Shown here one piece after another: positions 28,101 through 43,500 of a stretch of 64,000 nucleotides of DNA (positions are counted from its first letter, which is position 1; the number at the start of each line of letters is the position of its first letter). Under the pieces are notes generated by a model that did not search any database, was not told where the DNA came from, and saw only the letters and a list, made by a program, of their open reading frames with translations. The stretch comes from Chrysomallon squamiferum (Eukaryota > Animalia > Mollusca). The position numbers were made by a program, and so were the translations under genes. The DNA lies in NCBI GenBank assembly GCA_012295275.1, contig CM022678.1, forward strand, positions 8,742,001 through 8,806,000, in the 5' to 3' direction.

Positions 28101-29100
28101 TAAAACGTTACCGAATTAAAAACAAAAATAAACTGGCTGTCAAACATCAGTTCATACTGGTTTGAAAAGCGTAGCATACATTCGAATCCGTTTATGTTCG
28201 AAACATCGTGGTTTATCGAGACTAGCCTGGCCTTAACCTAATTTTATTTAGTATTTAAGAAGTCATTAATTTGTTTATTCTCACAAAAATTATTATAAAA
28301 TTTGTAGAAATTTATTCTGTATTCATTTCTGAGCTAAAAATGAAATTAAGAAAAATATCCATAATAATTATAAATATTATTAATATTAATAAATAAATAA
28401 TTGCGATAATAATTTTTAAGAAACAAAAAAGAATTGTTTTAAATAAATAAATAAAAAATATAGTAAATTAATAAAATAAAATAAAATAAAGTTAACTTAA
28501 AAAACAAAAATGCAACACAAAAAAATAAAATAAAAACGGGATAAAAAGCAGTCATAACTATTAACTATTCTTAAAAAACAAGGACCCCCCCCCACCCCCG
28601 AAACCACCACCACAAAATAAAAACACTTCCTCATAGTTAAAAATTAAAGTTTAAATGAAACAGATATATGATTGTATTTTATTTAATTATTATTTTTTTA
28701 ATTATTATTAATATTTTTTGCTACCAGGCCTTTTTCTGAGGAAGAACGGATTCTGTTGGATATATACAGAGGACTCGAATGTCTCCGTCTATTCGACCGA
28801 GATGATCCGAACGGTCCCGATCACTTTTCCGATACTGGGTCAGCGAGACTCGTGGTTTTGTTTATCAAGACTACAGTTAGCGCCATGCCTATCCGGTCGA
28901 GAAAGTTAGTGTTATAAACCGATTTTGGCAAATTCAGGTAAGCCGATAAGTCCACTTTATCGAACTACTAGCAAACCTTTTGTATGAAATAAATATTTGA
29001 GATTAATACTGACTCTTGTGTTATATCTTATAGAGAAAAAGGCGACTTCCCCATAACCATTTTACCATCCCAATCGCCGAAACGGAACTTTGGTCGCAAT
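27940..29100. promoter_or_regulatory. Putative bidirectional promoter cassette, copy 2
   Basis: CpG-containing patches at 27960-28240 and 28720-29100. Divergent first-exon donors at 27964 (-) and 28938 (+). Confidence 0.55.
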
Positions 29101-30032
29101 TAATTCTCAAACATTCTGACTTAATAATTTATAATTTTAATATTTTCGGTAACTTTTAAATATTTTTTTAATTTCTTTTTGTTTCGAAATTATATGTGAT
29201 AAATTTTATAACTTTTTTTTTTTTTTTTTTTTTTTTAACTACAATTTATTTATTAGGCTTGTCAATGATAAATGTAATTTTTCTCTCTACAGGATAAACA
29301 AGTCTTCTGCTGACCAGAAAAAAGACCAAGGTTGACCACTTGACCATGTGTGTAGTGAAGCGTTCATTGAAAAACATGACTTCTCCAGTCCTGCCAGTTA
29401 AGAGAAATTTGTACAGACTCAGACACTGAGATGTGCTCAACATGTTTGTAAACAGATGCTGGGTATAATGGACAAATAATTCAGTTTACTACAAGATTTT
29501 ATAAATTACTTAATGCCACCTGAGAATGTTTTAATATTAATATTATTTTAATTTTGTTACTATTAATTAGGTATGTTTAGTGAACAATGAGTTAACAGTG
29601 AAAAGACAGTGATTTATATCTATCATTAATTAATTCTATAATTATTGTTTGTTTATTTAATTTTTTAAATGATAAAATAAAGTCATTATCATTTTTGAAC
29701 TCATGCTGTTTTAAATGTTGTTTATATTAATATTAAATTGAGGTAAACAAAAAACTGATTAGAAACAAGTCAAAAACATTTTAAAATAATAAATTACTTT
29801 TGTTTCAGACTGAGAATGTAGAAGTCAGGGTTTGACATGGGAACAGATTTCTCATAAAGCTGAAGGCAGTTTATGTCACTATGGTTTCTACTAGAAAAAA
29901 GTATGAGAAAGGTTAGTAGTTTGTTTTCTTTGAACTGTAGTGTACCTATCAAAGCAAAAAGTTCAAGGGCTGCCTGTCTTGTCTCAGATGAAAAAGTCCT
30001 TGGTTTCAAAAATATTGAAATAAGCATTTTAC

Positions 30033-30065
<33 letters not shown>

Positions 30066-30324
30066 ACTTGAATTTTATTTTATATATTTTAAATTGCATT
30101 GAGCGATTAAACCAAGTTTTTCCTCTGTACCCTGTATTACCTTGAATACAACAAAGATAACAGAAGATTTATTTTAAGAAGTTTTTTATCTGTGTCAGTC
30201 ACGCGGTCAGCAGATTGTTGGAGACAGAAATATTTGATGTCAATTATAGTCTGTACCCTTATTAAATCATAGACATCCCTCTTTCTTAATAACAATAATA
30301 ATAATTATATTACTATTATTATTA

Positions 30325-30380
<56 letters not shown>

Positions 30381-33300
30381 TTTAGATATAAATGAGTGTA
30401 CATCAACTGATGTCAGTATTACTAAGTACACCAATACTTGTACTAAGAGAATCAGTGGATTCACTTGTTCCTGTCTGGCTGGGAAGAAACTTGAAAATGA
30501 CCAGACAACATGTGTTAGTAAGCAGAATTTCTCGTTACAAAATACAATAATGTAAAAATAAATTTTTAAATATTTTAAAAACATAATTATATTTTGAAAT
30601 CTGAAGCAAATTTTCATGATATTTACATTATTCTTTTAATATAATTTTATAAATTTTGTTTTATAATAAAAACTAACACAAAAATTTGATTTTAATTTAA
30701 TTTATTTATTTTCAAATTAAATTTTATTTTTGCCTCTCAGACCATTGTCAGTGTAAAGCTGGCTGGGTGGTGTGTGATGTGAATACAACAGAGATGAATG
30801 TAGTGTTTCAACAGTTTCATGTCAAGCAAACAGCAACTGCAAAAACCTGCCAGTCTCCTATCATTTGAATGTATAGGTAAGTAGAATATATTCTTAATAA
30901 ATAGTTAATTTACAATGTTAAAAAAATTTCGTAACAAGTTTTAATTATAATGTTTTATTTAATAAACAGCTATATTCAATGAATAATTCCTTATTACTTA
31001 ATAAATAGTTATATGTTATAAATGATTTCTTATTATTTAATAAATAGTTATATGTTACAGATGATTTCTTATTATTTATGAAATAGTTATATGTTACAAA
31101 TGATTTCTTATTATTTATGAAATAGTTATATGTTACAAATAACTTCCTATTACTTAATAAATAGTTATAGTATAAAAATGAGTCCTTTTTATTTAAAAGA
31201 ATACTTAAATGATACAAATGATTGATGAATTGTTTACATATTTTTGTGATTTTAATTACCAAAGAAAACAGAATAGCTGTTTTGAACTGAGAAATGAGTT
31301 AATTAATACAGCTCTTTGTTTGGCATTAAAATATAATAAATAAATAAATAAATATAATAATAAAAATATCATTTTATATTTTTTAATAAATTTTTATTCA
31401 AAATTAAGAGAATGTGTATTTAACCCAGATAATCAGCTTTCAGTGACTAAGAAATTAAAAAGAAAAAAAAGAAAGAAAGAAACCCTGTTTTGTACCAGCT
31501 AACTTTGTTTTTGCAGTTTGAGTCTCATTAATGTTCAAGAACATTATGAAAAAATTAAACATAATAAAAATAAAAATAATGTTTCACAACTAATAATTAA
31601 ACTATTATTAAACAGATATTTATTAATTAATTAATTCATTCATTCATGTAATAGATACATTTTTTTTATAGTTGAATGAATGATTGGTATCCTTCTTTAA
31701 CTAACAATGAGAAAAGCTACATCTGTTCTTGTTATTTTAATTGTGACAAAATTTGATAAAATTATAAACTATTTTATTTTCATTTATACCAGAATGTGAT
31801 AAAATTGTAAATTATTTTAGTTGTGACAAAATATAATAAAGTTATAAAAATATTTTATGTTCAGTTGTGACAGTGCTGAAGTGAACAGTTCGTGTGAACA
31901 GGGCTGCAGTGAACAGTTCGTGTGAACAGGGCTGCAGGGTGCATGACACAGTGGAGCAGTGTTTGTGTAGAAATGTTTACCTTGAATTCAGACAACAAAA
32001 CATGCTCAGGTGAGTCAGTTCTATCTGGTTCTCAGGTTAAATTGTTCACTTCAAGCATTCTTAGTTTATTCATATTTCCAGTGTAAGTTTTATCTCTTTG
32101 AATCTGAATGGTCAGCATTTCTACCATTACCTGTTTTTATTTTATTATATTTTGTATTATTAACAATGTCATGCTCATTATATATTCAGCAATCAGTTTG
32201 CAACTTATGTATGCATTAGTAGGTTTTGTGCTATTCAAATAGTTGTTAAACTTCTCTTTTCAGGAATTAAGAAAAATTTCAATGCAGTTAATACTGTTTC
32301 AGAAACTTGACAGAATTTATGAATAAATTTTATTAATAATAGTTACATCTGTGTAACTTAAACTTGATTAATTTTAGAAATGCTCAGAACTTATGAATTT
32401 TAAATTTCAGTTAATTAGAAATACATTAGAAATAATTTCAGTGTAAATGATATTTGAGTAATTTTAGAAACTTGTCAAAATGTATGAGAAAGTTTAATTG
32501 TTGTTAATGATTGAGATATAATTTATCTGTTTCTCTCTTTCAGATATAAATGAATGTAATTCAAAAATATTTACACTCAGAACTAAAACTACTAAGATGG
32601 AGTCTACACATGTAACTGTATGGATGGTTTATAAATGGGGAAACTGACAAAATTACTTGTAGAGGTAGATATAAATATTAGTATACACACTCACACACAC
32701 ATCAACAGATGCACAAGCAAAGATTCACACACATTCAACACATGCACATGCAAATATTCACACACATGAAACATGCACACACAAACCTCCATATACATAC
32801 ATATACAGTGAATTTAATTAAATCAAATCAAATACAGTGAAATCAATAAAATGAAATGATATACATTGAAATGAAATGCAGTGTGATACAGTGCAATACA
32901 ATAAAATAAAATAAATGAAATGAAAACTATGAAATACAAATACACACAACACAACACAACACAATACAATACAATAAATAACTGAACAAACTGAACTGAA
33001 CTGAACTGAACTGAAAATAAAAAAATAAAATAAAATAAAAAAAATAAAAAAAAATGGAATCAAATGAAATAAAATAAAAAGTAATGTGTGAAATGATTCA
33101 CAATGAAATAAATGAAATGCAATACAATGCTAAATTAAACTGATTTTGTCCATGGAATAAATGGCTTTTTAACAGTAAGTAAAAAAATCATGAAAATAAT
33201 TAAGTGACAACCCATCCCATTTGAATCATATCAACCTTCATTTTACATGTAAATTGTATAATATTGTTTATACAAGTCTGAATATTATTTTATTTTTAAT

Positions 33301-33900
33301 GTTTTTTTTTTTTTTTTTTTTTTTTTTCAGGTTTTATTTTTTTCATAGGTTCCTTTATCATAAGCTTGTTTTGAGAATGAAAGAAAATGTGAGAAGTGAC
33401 ATTGATTCTAAGTGACTTGTTGTGTTTATCTCCAAGTTCTTCAAGTTTTCTCACTTTAATGAACAAACTAAACAGAAGAAACAGCAGACGATAAAACCAC
33501 AACAAATATGAAGAACTGAATACTTGAAGAATATTGAGAATTTCTAGAAAGTTCCACACCAAAAGTAATATTTTAAAAACAGTTACTTGTTATGTGGACT
33601 GCACTTACTGAAGAATTTATAAATCTGTGAAACTGTGATTTCAGATTCAAAGTGTCATTCATGCAAGATACAGTCAGACATAGACCAGTGGACAGAATGT
33701 TTGGACCAGACAGTCAAGTGTGTGAAAAAGAAATTATTTTTAAAAATGACTGATGTAGAAATCCTTGATTTACTGCTTTAAAAAAAAACTACAAATTGTA
33801 TAGCTCAAGGGAGATAATTTTATTATTATGATTATTTTTTTATTAATGTACTGGTAAAGATTTTTGTAAAAAGTATGCTAATAAAACATAAAATGGAAGA
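28720..33900 (+). pseudogene. Chimeric EGF-exon pseudogene, copy C
   Basis: Exon 1 ends at 28937. Unidentified stop-containing exons at 29293-29462 and 29809-29911. EGF-like exons at 30386-30517 (DINEC), 30741-30876, 31865-32009 and 32544-32664 (DINECNS...YTCNCMDG...TDKITC). Probable terminal exon from about 33331. Confidence 0.8.
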
Positions 33901-35119
33901 AGATATGTTGTTTGGAAGATATTTTCTTAATGATTAATTTGCAGATTACATTATAGGTCAAGTTGTTTAGTACATCTTAAATTTTTTCTATCCAAATGTC
34001 TTGGTATTCTTTTATTTTGTTCTATTAATATACTTTCACTGGACAATCAGAAATCTTGGTACATTTATGTTTTATAGCAGTCTCAGCACTTTAAGACCTG
34101 TTGAAACATTTTAAATAAATTTTAATTTGAAAGTTCAGGTACATCTTAGACCATGTTTTTCTAAATTTTTAATTATGAATTTTGTTGAGGCTTTTCTAAA
34201 ATTATCTTTTTCATATGAAAAAGTAGTTTTGATGTTGATCTTTTCTTTTTCTTGTTCAAATAAATATTTCAATTATTTTGTTTTCTGTTTTTCATTACAT
34301 ATTTGTAGCTAGCATTTTCATCAGACTTGAGAAACAGATTCCTAAGAGTGAGGAATATTTTTATATATATAGTTTTGAAATAATAGTAGAAGTAATAGAT
34401 GTGATTGTGGAAATACTGATACAGATAATGTTGCAGCAGTTAGTAATAGAATTAGTAGTAGTAGTAGTAGTAGTATAACTAGAAATAATAGCAGCAATAG
34501 TAATACTGGTAAAAGGTAATGAAAATAACAATAGCATAAGTAACTGAGGGAGTACTGTAATAATGGTACTATTATTAATTTTTGGCTGTGTACATATTCA
34601 GAAAACACCATAAACACTTTGCTTGGAGATATATAATTTTGAATTTTACTTGCATTTCAAATGACTGAATAATTTGGTTGTTTGCAGAATATACTATTTA
34701 AATTGTTTCTTCTATCTATCTGTCTGTCTGTCTATATGTGGAACCAGTCATTACACATATTACATAAAATAACTAAAGCTTATTGCTGACACTTGTTATA
34801 CAGGCTTTTCTTTTTATTTATGACAGGTAATTTTATTCAAAGATTTAAAATAGATAGTTATAAATGTTTATTTAAATCCTGTTTTCTCCTTCCATAACAA
34901 ATATTTAAATTATTCTGAGTTTTGTTATTTATATTTTTTATTTAAGCTAGAGTCATAGACAGCTTCATAAGGTAAAGTGGAGGGGAACAGTGATTAACAA
35001 ATTCAGTGTTTAGCTGTTATTGCAGACATTTCACTAGATGTCAGTCTGATCCCAGGATCAAATCAGGAGAGCAAATCATATTTTTTACAAAATGATAATA
35101 CATTCTTATGAGAGAGAGG

Positions 35120-35230
<111 letters not shown>

Positions 35231-35887
35231 AAGACATAATTTTTCAAAATAATTATCACTCAGTTAAATTCAACAATAATAAAAAGTCTGGGTGAGGATT
35301 GGCTGAGGGTAGGTTTACAGCTAGATTTTAGACTGATTAATATTTATTGACAGATAAAAAAAGTCTGTTTTAGGAATTTTGTTTTCTACAAATAAAGCTA
35401 TTATAATTCTTACTAGATTCAAAATAATTTTTAATTTCAAAACACATTTTATTGTATTTTATCATTATTTCTGTATTGTTTCAGTTATGTACTACTACTA
35501 CTGCTACTACTACTACTACTGCTACTACTACTAGTACTATTTAATATATATTGACAAAAGGAACATTTCAGTGTTAAGTCAATAAATGTATTTGTAAATA
35601 TCCTACACTTCAGATTATTTCTGTAAATTAGATTAGGATTTTATATTTATTTTATTTTATTATTATTTTTTTAATATATTTATTTATTCAAAAGTAGCAA
35701 ATTATTTATGTATATCTTTGTATATAACAGGTTTAGGACCTTGTAATACATATGAAAGTTACAGTTGACTGGTTTGTTTTGACAGAAAAGAAAAAGAGAA
35801 GACCTTGAATGCTTAAAACATGATCATGTTATTTCCAACATATTTTAATTGTTATCTTCTTCTTCTTCTTCTTCTTCTTCTTCTTCT

Positions 35888-35949
<62 letters not shown>

Positions 35950-36166
35950 ATTATTATTATTATTTTCTTTTAAATTAACAAATAAATAAATGTTAATAAA
36001 AGTAAACAGTACTACTATTGCTAGTACTACTACTACTACTAATAATAATAATAGTAATAATAATAATAATAAACAATAAGAATTATAATAAAGCCACTCA
36101 GTAAACTACTTCAACTCATTCTATAATCACATATTAAGCTGTGCATTATGAAACAGCAAATAGACA

Positions 36167-36261
<95 letters not shown>

Positions 36262-36508
36262 AGAAAAAGAAAAGAAAAACAGAAAAAATAGTAATAGCGA
36301 TTTTCTACTAGCGGATGGTAGTGGATATTTAATGTTGTCTTTGTTATAAAGTCAAAAATATCTGAATCTGTTTTTCAGTAGATATATTTCTCTTCTGTAT
36401 ACTAGGCATAGATAATCTAAATAACGTAATAATGTTTATATGTATATAATCTTATTATTATTAAGATTGTGAAGTCTGTATATAGCAACTATAAACTAGA
36501 AAAAAAAA

Positions 36509-36566
<58 letters not shown>

Positions 36567-36769
36567 ATAATTATAATAAGTAAATAAACTGCGGGTTCTG
36601 TATAACAAGCATAAAATTTTAACATTTAAGAATTGAGATAAAATAGCTATGGCGGTATTTGCTTAACAACCAAAGTTTTAAAATTTTAGAATTAAGATAA
36701 TTAGCTATGGCGGGTTTTGTGTAACAAACAAACAAAGTTTTAAAATGTGTCAGTCTAGGCTGGCTTCTC

Positions 36770-38940
<2,171 letters not shown>

Positions 38941-39958
38941 CAAAATCCTATGCGATCTCTAGAGACAAGATTTTTCTATTACGGACATTTAAATATCCCA
39001 CACCGGCCATTTTTTTCCTTGCTTATACCATTAAAATAAGGTGCACCGTTTTCAGTTTGATTCCGCGACAAAGTGAAGATTTCGTATACGCGTGATTCTA
39101 CGGAAAAACTCGTGGCCTGCAAACCTAATTACGTTTTGAAAATTTCATGTACGCACGATTTTCACTCACTTATTTTTTTTGTTTCGGTCAGACTGAATCT
39201 ACCCGATTATTTGTCCCTGTATAAAATAAACCAGGATGAAAAGCGACCGTCAATAAAAATTAAATTTATTTATTTATTTTTCAAAACTGTTTGCCTGTAT
39301 GACAGCGCCGACCCTGTGTGTGCTTACTATATGTCATTTTACCATTAACTGTTTTTGTTTGTTTTTTTGTTAAAGATATTCAGGATATGAGTTTGATAAA
39401 AATCACAAACACGGTGGATTGACCGGAACTGAATAAACATCATCTGCTAACGTATGTTTCCATTTTATCTTGCGTAATGAATTTTTCTTTTTTTATTATT
39501 ATTATTTTTTTTTTTTGAAAGGTACATTGACTGTACAACAACAACTACTACTATTGCTCCTAATACGAATACTATTACAATCATTATCACCAAACATATG
39601 CTACTACTAATATTAATAATAGATTTGTTAATTCCGTTTTTTTTTTTTATTATTATTATTATTTGTTTTTAATTTACATTTGTACTTCTTTCCTTTTTGT
39701 TTGTAACTGAATTAATTTGTAATATATTTTTGACTGCGTATATTCAAAACGTGACTAAACAAAGTCAAGTGTGTTTCGCCTCGGTAAACAAACAGAATGT
39801 TAAACTGAACAAGTTGGGTATGAAGATTGTCGTGTCAATGTGTATACACAGCTAAATGCCAACTGGTTTTTATGTCTAATAGTTGTTACATATTTTTTTT
39901 CTTTTAAGCAGATCCAGTATCATCCAGTTCGTCATTCTATTTCAGACATGCTTTATTT

Positions 39959-40158
39959 NNNNNNNNNNNNNNNNNNNNNNNNNNNNNNNNNNNNNNNNNN
40001 NNNNNNNNNNNNNNNNNNNNNNNNNNNNNNNNNNNNNNNNNNNNNNNNNNNNNNNNNNNNNNNNNNNNNNNNNNNNNNNNNNNNNNNNNNNNNNNNNNNN
40101 NNNNNNNNNNNNNNNNNNNNNNNNNNNNNNNNNNNNNNNNNNNNNNNNNNNNNNNNNN
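39959..40158. other. Assembly gap (200 N)
   Basis: Run of N. Confidence 1.
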
Positions 40159-40543
40159 GGTATAAAATTAAAGTCATTACTGATAAAATTATAGACACTC
40201 ACACCTATCCTGTAGATTTATTCCACTCTGAGGTATTTCTATAATTCTACAACAATTAATAACAATGATCTGTCAGTGAAAATACCTCAGCATGGTGATG
40301 AGACTTAGAAATGTATGTTGTCACTGGAACAAAACAAAAACACACAATAATAACAAACAACAGTAAAATACTGTACATTAACAAGAGTAGGATAAATCAG
40401 AAAAAAGAATTAGTTCACTTATAAAAATCTATCTGTTTCTTATTATTGTTTGTTTTCTTAAAGACAATCAAATATAATGAAAGAATAATTCTGTAAGAAA
40501 ATTAAATGAAGTGTATGAGATAGAAGTATGTATTAAGTGTCAC

Positions 40544-43500
40544 CTCTAAAACTTTGTTTTTCAGTCTGTGTTGACGATGCCTGCGAGGCAGCAGTGGCTG
40601 ATGGCGTTGAGGATGATGTGATGATTAGATTTAGAACTTGGCTTCACGTACAGCTTTGGTCCTGTTCAAACAAAGAAACAAAACAACACTGACAAACTAA
40701 ACACTGTGATTAATTTAGGATTTAAAAAATGAATAAAGTGTTTTTTTTATAGGTTTAGAAATGTTACTGTCCTATCCTGACTGAAAGAAATTTAAATATA
40801 TTTTACAATCTTTTTAATGTGAAAGGATAAGAATGTGTTCAATTTAAAAAATTAAAAAATTCAGTTTCACAATACTGTGAAGCAATTCCTAACAGTTAAA
40901 ATTGATAAAAAAAGTAAAAAATATGTGTGCATCTAATATTATATTTTATGATATTCACAGCTACTCATACTGAGAATAACAAAAACAACAATAATAAAAG
41001 TATTAATAATGATGATGTAGTAATAAATTTGCTTTTAATAATAGAGTTATCTAACCTGAATATTCACCAGCTTCACTTCCATCCATTCTCGGAGTTCTTC
41101 TTCCTAACTGGTACAAGTCTGAAAAAATAAAAATAAAAATAAAAATAAATTAAAACAAATTAGTATTAGCTATAAATCCATAAATAATTATGAACTTTGC
41201 AAAATAAAAAGTAGGCATCAACTCATGGTTCTAGGAGAGGTTTATGATGTAATGGAGTTAGACTACAGAATCCTGTTGTCACCACAAATTGTATAATTTA
41301 TATTGTTTCTGATTAATGTACCTGGAGATGCTGTCACATGACACAAATTTATATTGTTTATGATTAATGTACCTGGAGATGGTGTCACATGACACAAATT
41401 TATATTGTTTATGATTAATGTACCTGGAGATGGTGTCACATGACACAAATTTATATTGTTTATGATTAATGTACCTGGAGATGGAGGTCTTCTGTATGTG
41501 GCTCCCCCTGTCTGCCTGTTTTGTGTAAGTACATTGCAGCAAACTAACAGAAAAACAAAAACAAAACAATTTAAAAGCTTGTGTTATATTACTTGAAATC
41601 TCAAAAACAATTAATGACATAATGATGAATAAATAAATAAATAAATCAATCAATCAATAAATAATTTTATTTTAAGAAAATATTAAAAATAGAAAAAGAA
41701 CAGAACAGAAAAATCAAAATACTAACTATATAACAAAGAGAGAAAACTTGAATATGAAAACTGATACTTTTCAAGTTTAATTACAAATAATAATAATGAT
41801 AATAATATTAAACATCAAATAATAATAATAAACTTTAAACAAATAATTTTAAAAAATTCGAAAGTTGCAAACAAATAAATTATCTATTCTACATTATAAA
41901 TACTACCAGTAATAATTAATGCTTTATCTCATCATTAATTTATTGTAACAATTAACCACTTACTAAGTTCAGTAATAAATTTTACATGAAAATTAATTAA
42001 ACTCTCCAGATAGTGTTTTGACTGTACATGTATGTAATAACATATATCAATAAATCTTAAACACATAAATTTAGCAATGGCTTAATTTAGATTTGACAAT
42101 AATAATTAGCAGGTCAGTAAAAATAAGAAAATTAATAAACAAGCTAATTTAACCAAAACATAACCTGCAAATAAAGATTTAAAATAAAATTTCACAGAAA
42201 AGATAAAAACTAATATTATAAATCTAGACTGACAATGATGATAATGAAGAGGATTAAAATGGAGACATTTACATCACAATACATGAAGATGTTGTAGATG
42301 ATAAATCAATTAATCTCTAAATAAATGATGTTATTAAAAATAGAAATAAATAATAACAACAAAAAAATAAAAAATAAAAATAAAAATAAAATAAATAAAT
42401 AAACAAATAATAATAAAATGGTGATTTCTAACTACATTATTTTGATGCATCTTTCTAAATCTACACGGTATAAAGTCTGCAACTTCTGCTTACATTTGTA
42501 TGTGTACTTTGGCAAATATTAAATAGTCTCTTTCCAATTAAAAATGTTTTTAGTATGAGTTAAAAAGTGAAATTTTTTACTAATGGTGTATTTAAAACAA
42601 TAAATAAAATGATAATAAACAAAAAAAAACCTGGAAAGATGCAAAATCTGTAAAAGCAAAAAAGAACTAGTTTAAAATTTTAAATGAAGGGCTGATGATG
42701 AATTTTTGTTAATTTTTAAAGCAGCAGAAAAAAGCTGAATATATCTGATGGTCCAAATGGCCAAAAATGAAAAATTTTGTTCATGTTTACTGTTTTCATT
42801 TTTTCTGTTCACCAAAGTGTTTTGTTATTTTTATAAAAGCTGAATATATATCAAATGAATTTTATAAACACTGTTTTTTTTTTGTTTTCAAATTTCTCTA
42901 TATCAATGAACTTTATAAACAAGATAATATATATATATATATATGAAACACATTAAACATATTCAGATTGAGTAAATTATCACAAAATGCTGGCATACAC
43001 TCTATTACTGATTTCTGTATAAAATAATTATGGGTACCAGAAACCACAAAACTATTAGAACACAAAATACATTTAGAATGTTTGTGATTTTCTAGATGTG
43101 GATGAGAACAAACCTGCTTTTCTCATATTGCCACAAGGTGAACCAATACGAAAGTGAGAAGGCTGGGAGGCTGAAACAAGCAAACAAACCAATGCAACGA
43201 AAAAACAGAAAGAAAACAAAAGATTGAAAATAAAATAAAGTAAAAAATTCCTTTACCAAAATCATGCAGGAAGCAAATAAGTGACTAACTTTCTTTGGTT
43301 GATTTTTTTCTCTGGTTAATTATTTTAAATGATAATAATAATAATAATAATAACACCCATTTGTCACTTTAAATAAATTCAGATTTGAGATCATTCCAAA
43401 ACTTCTTATACTTTTAAAATGAAAACAATTAAAAGAAAGATAAAAAAAAGGAAACAAGACTGCATTTATAAGAAAAACAGAAATTAAATAACGTCACTTA

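Noticed and set aside
28718-29443. Identical small ORFs here and at 6841-7606 as conserved microproteins
   Set aside because: The identity is explained by recent DNA duplication. The starts are weak and one ORF is antisense to the spliced exon.
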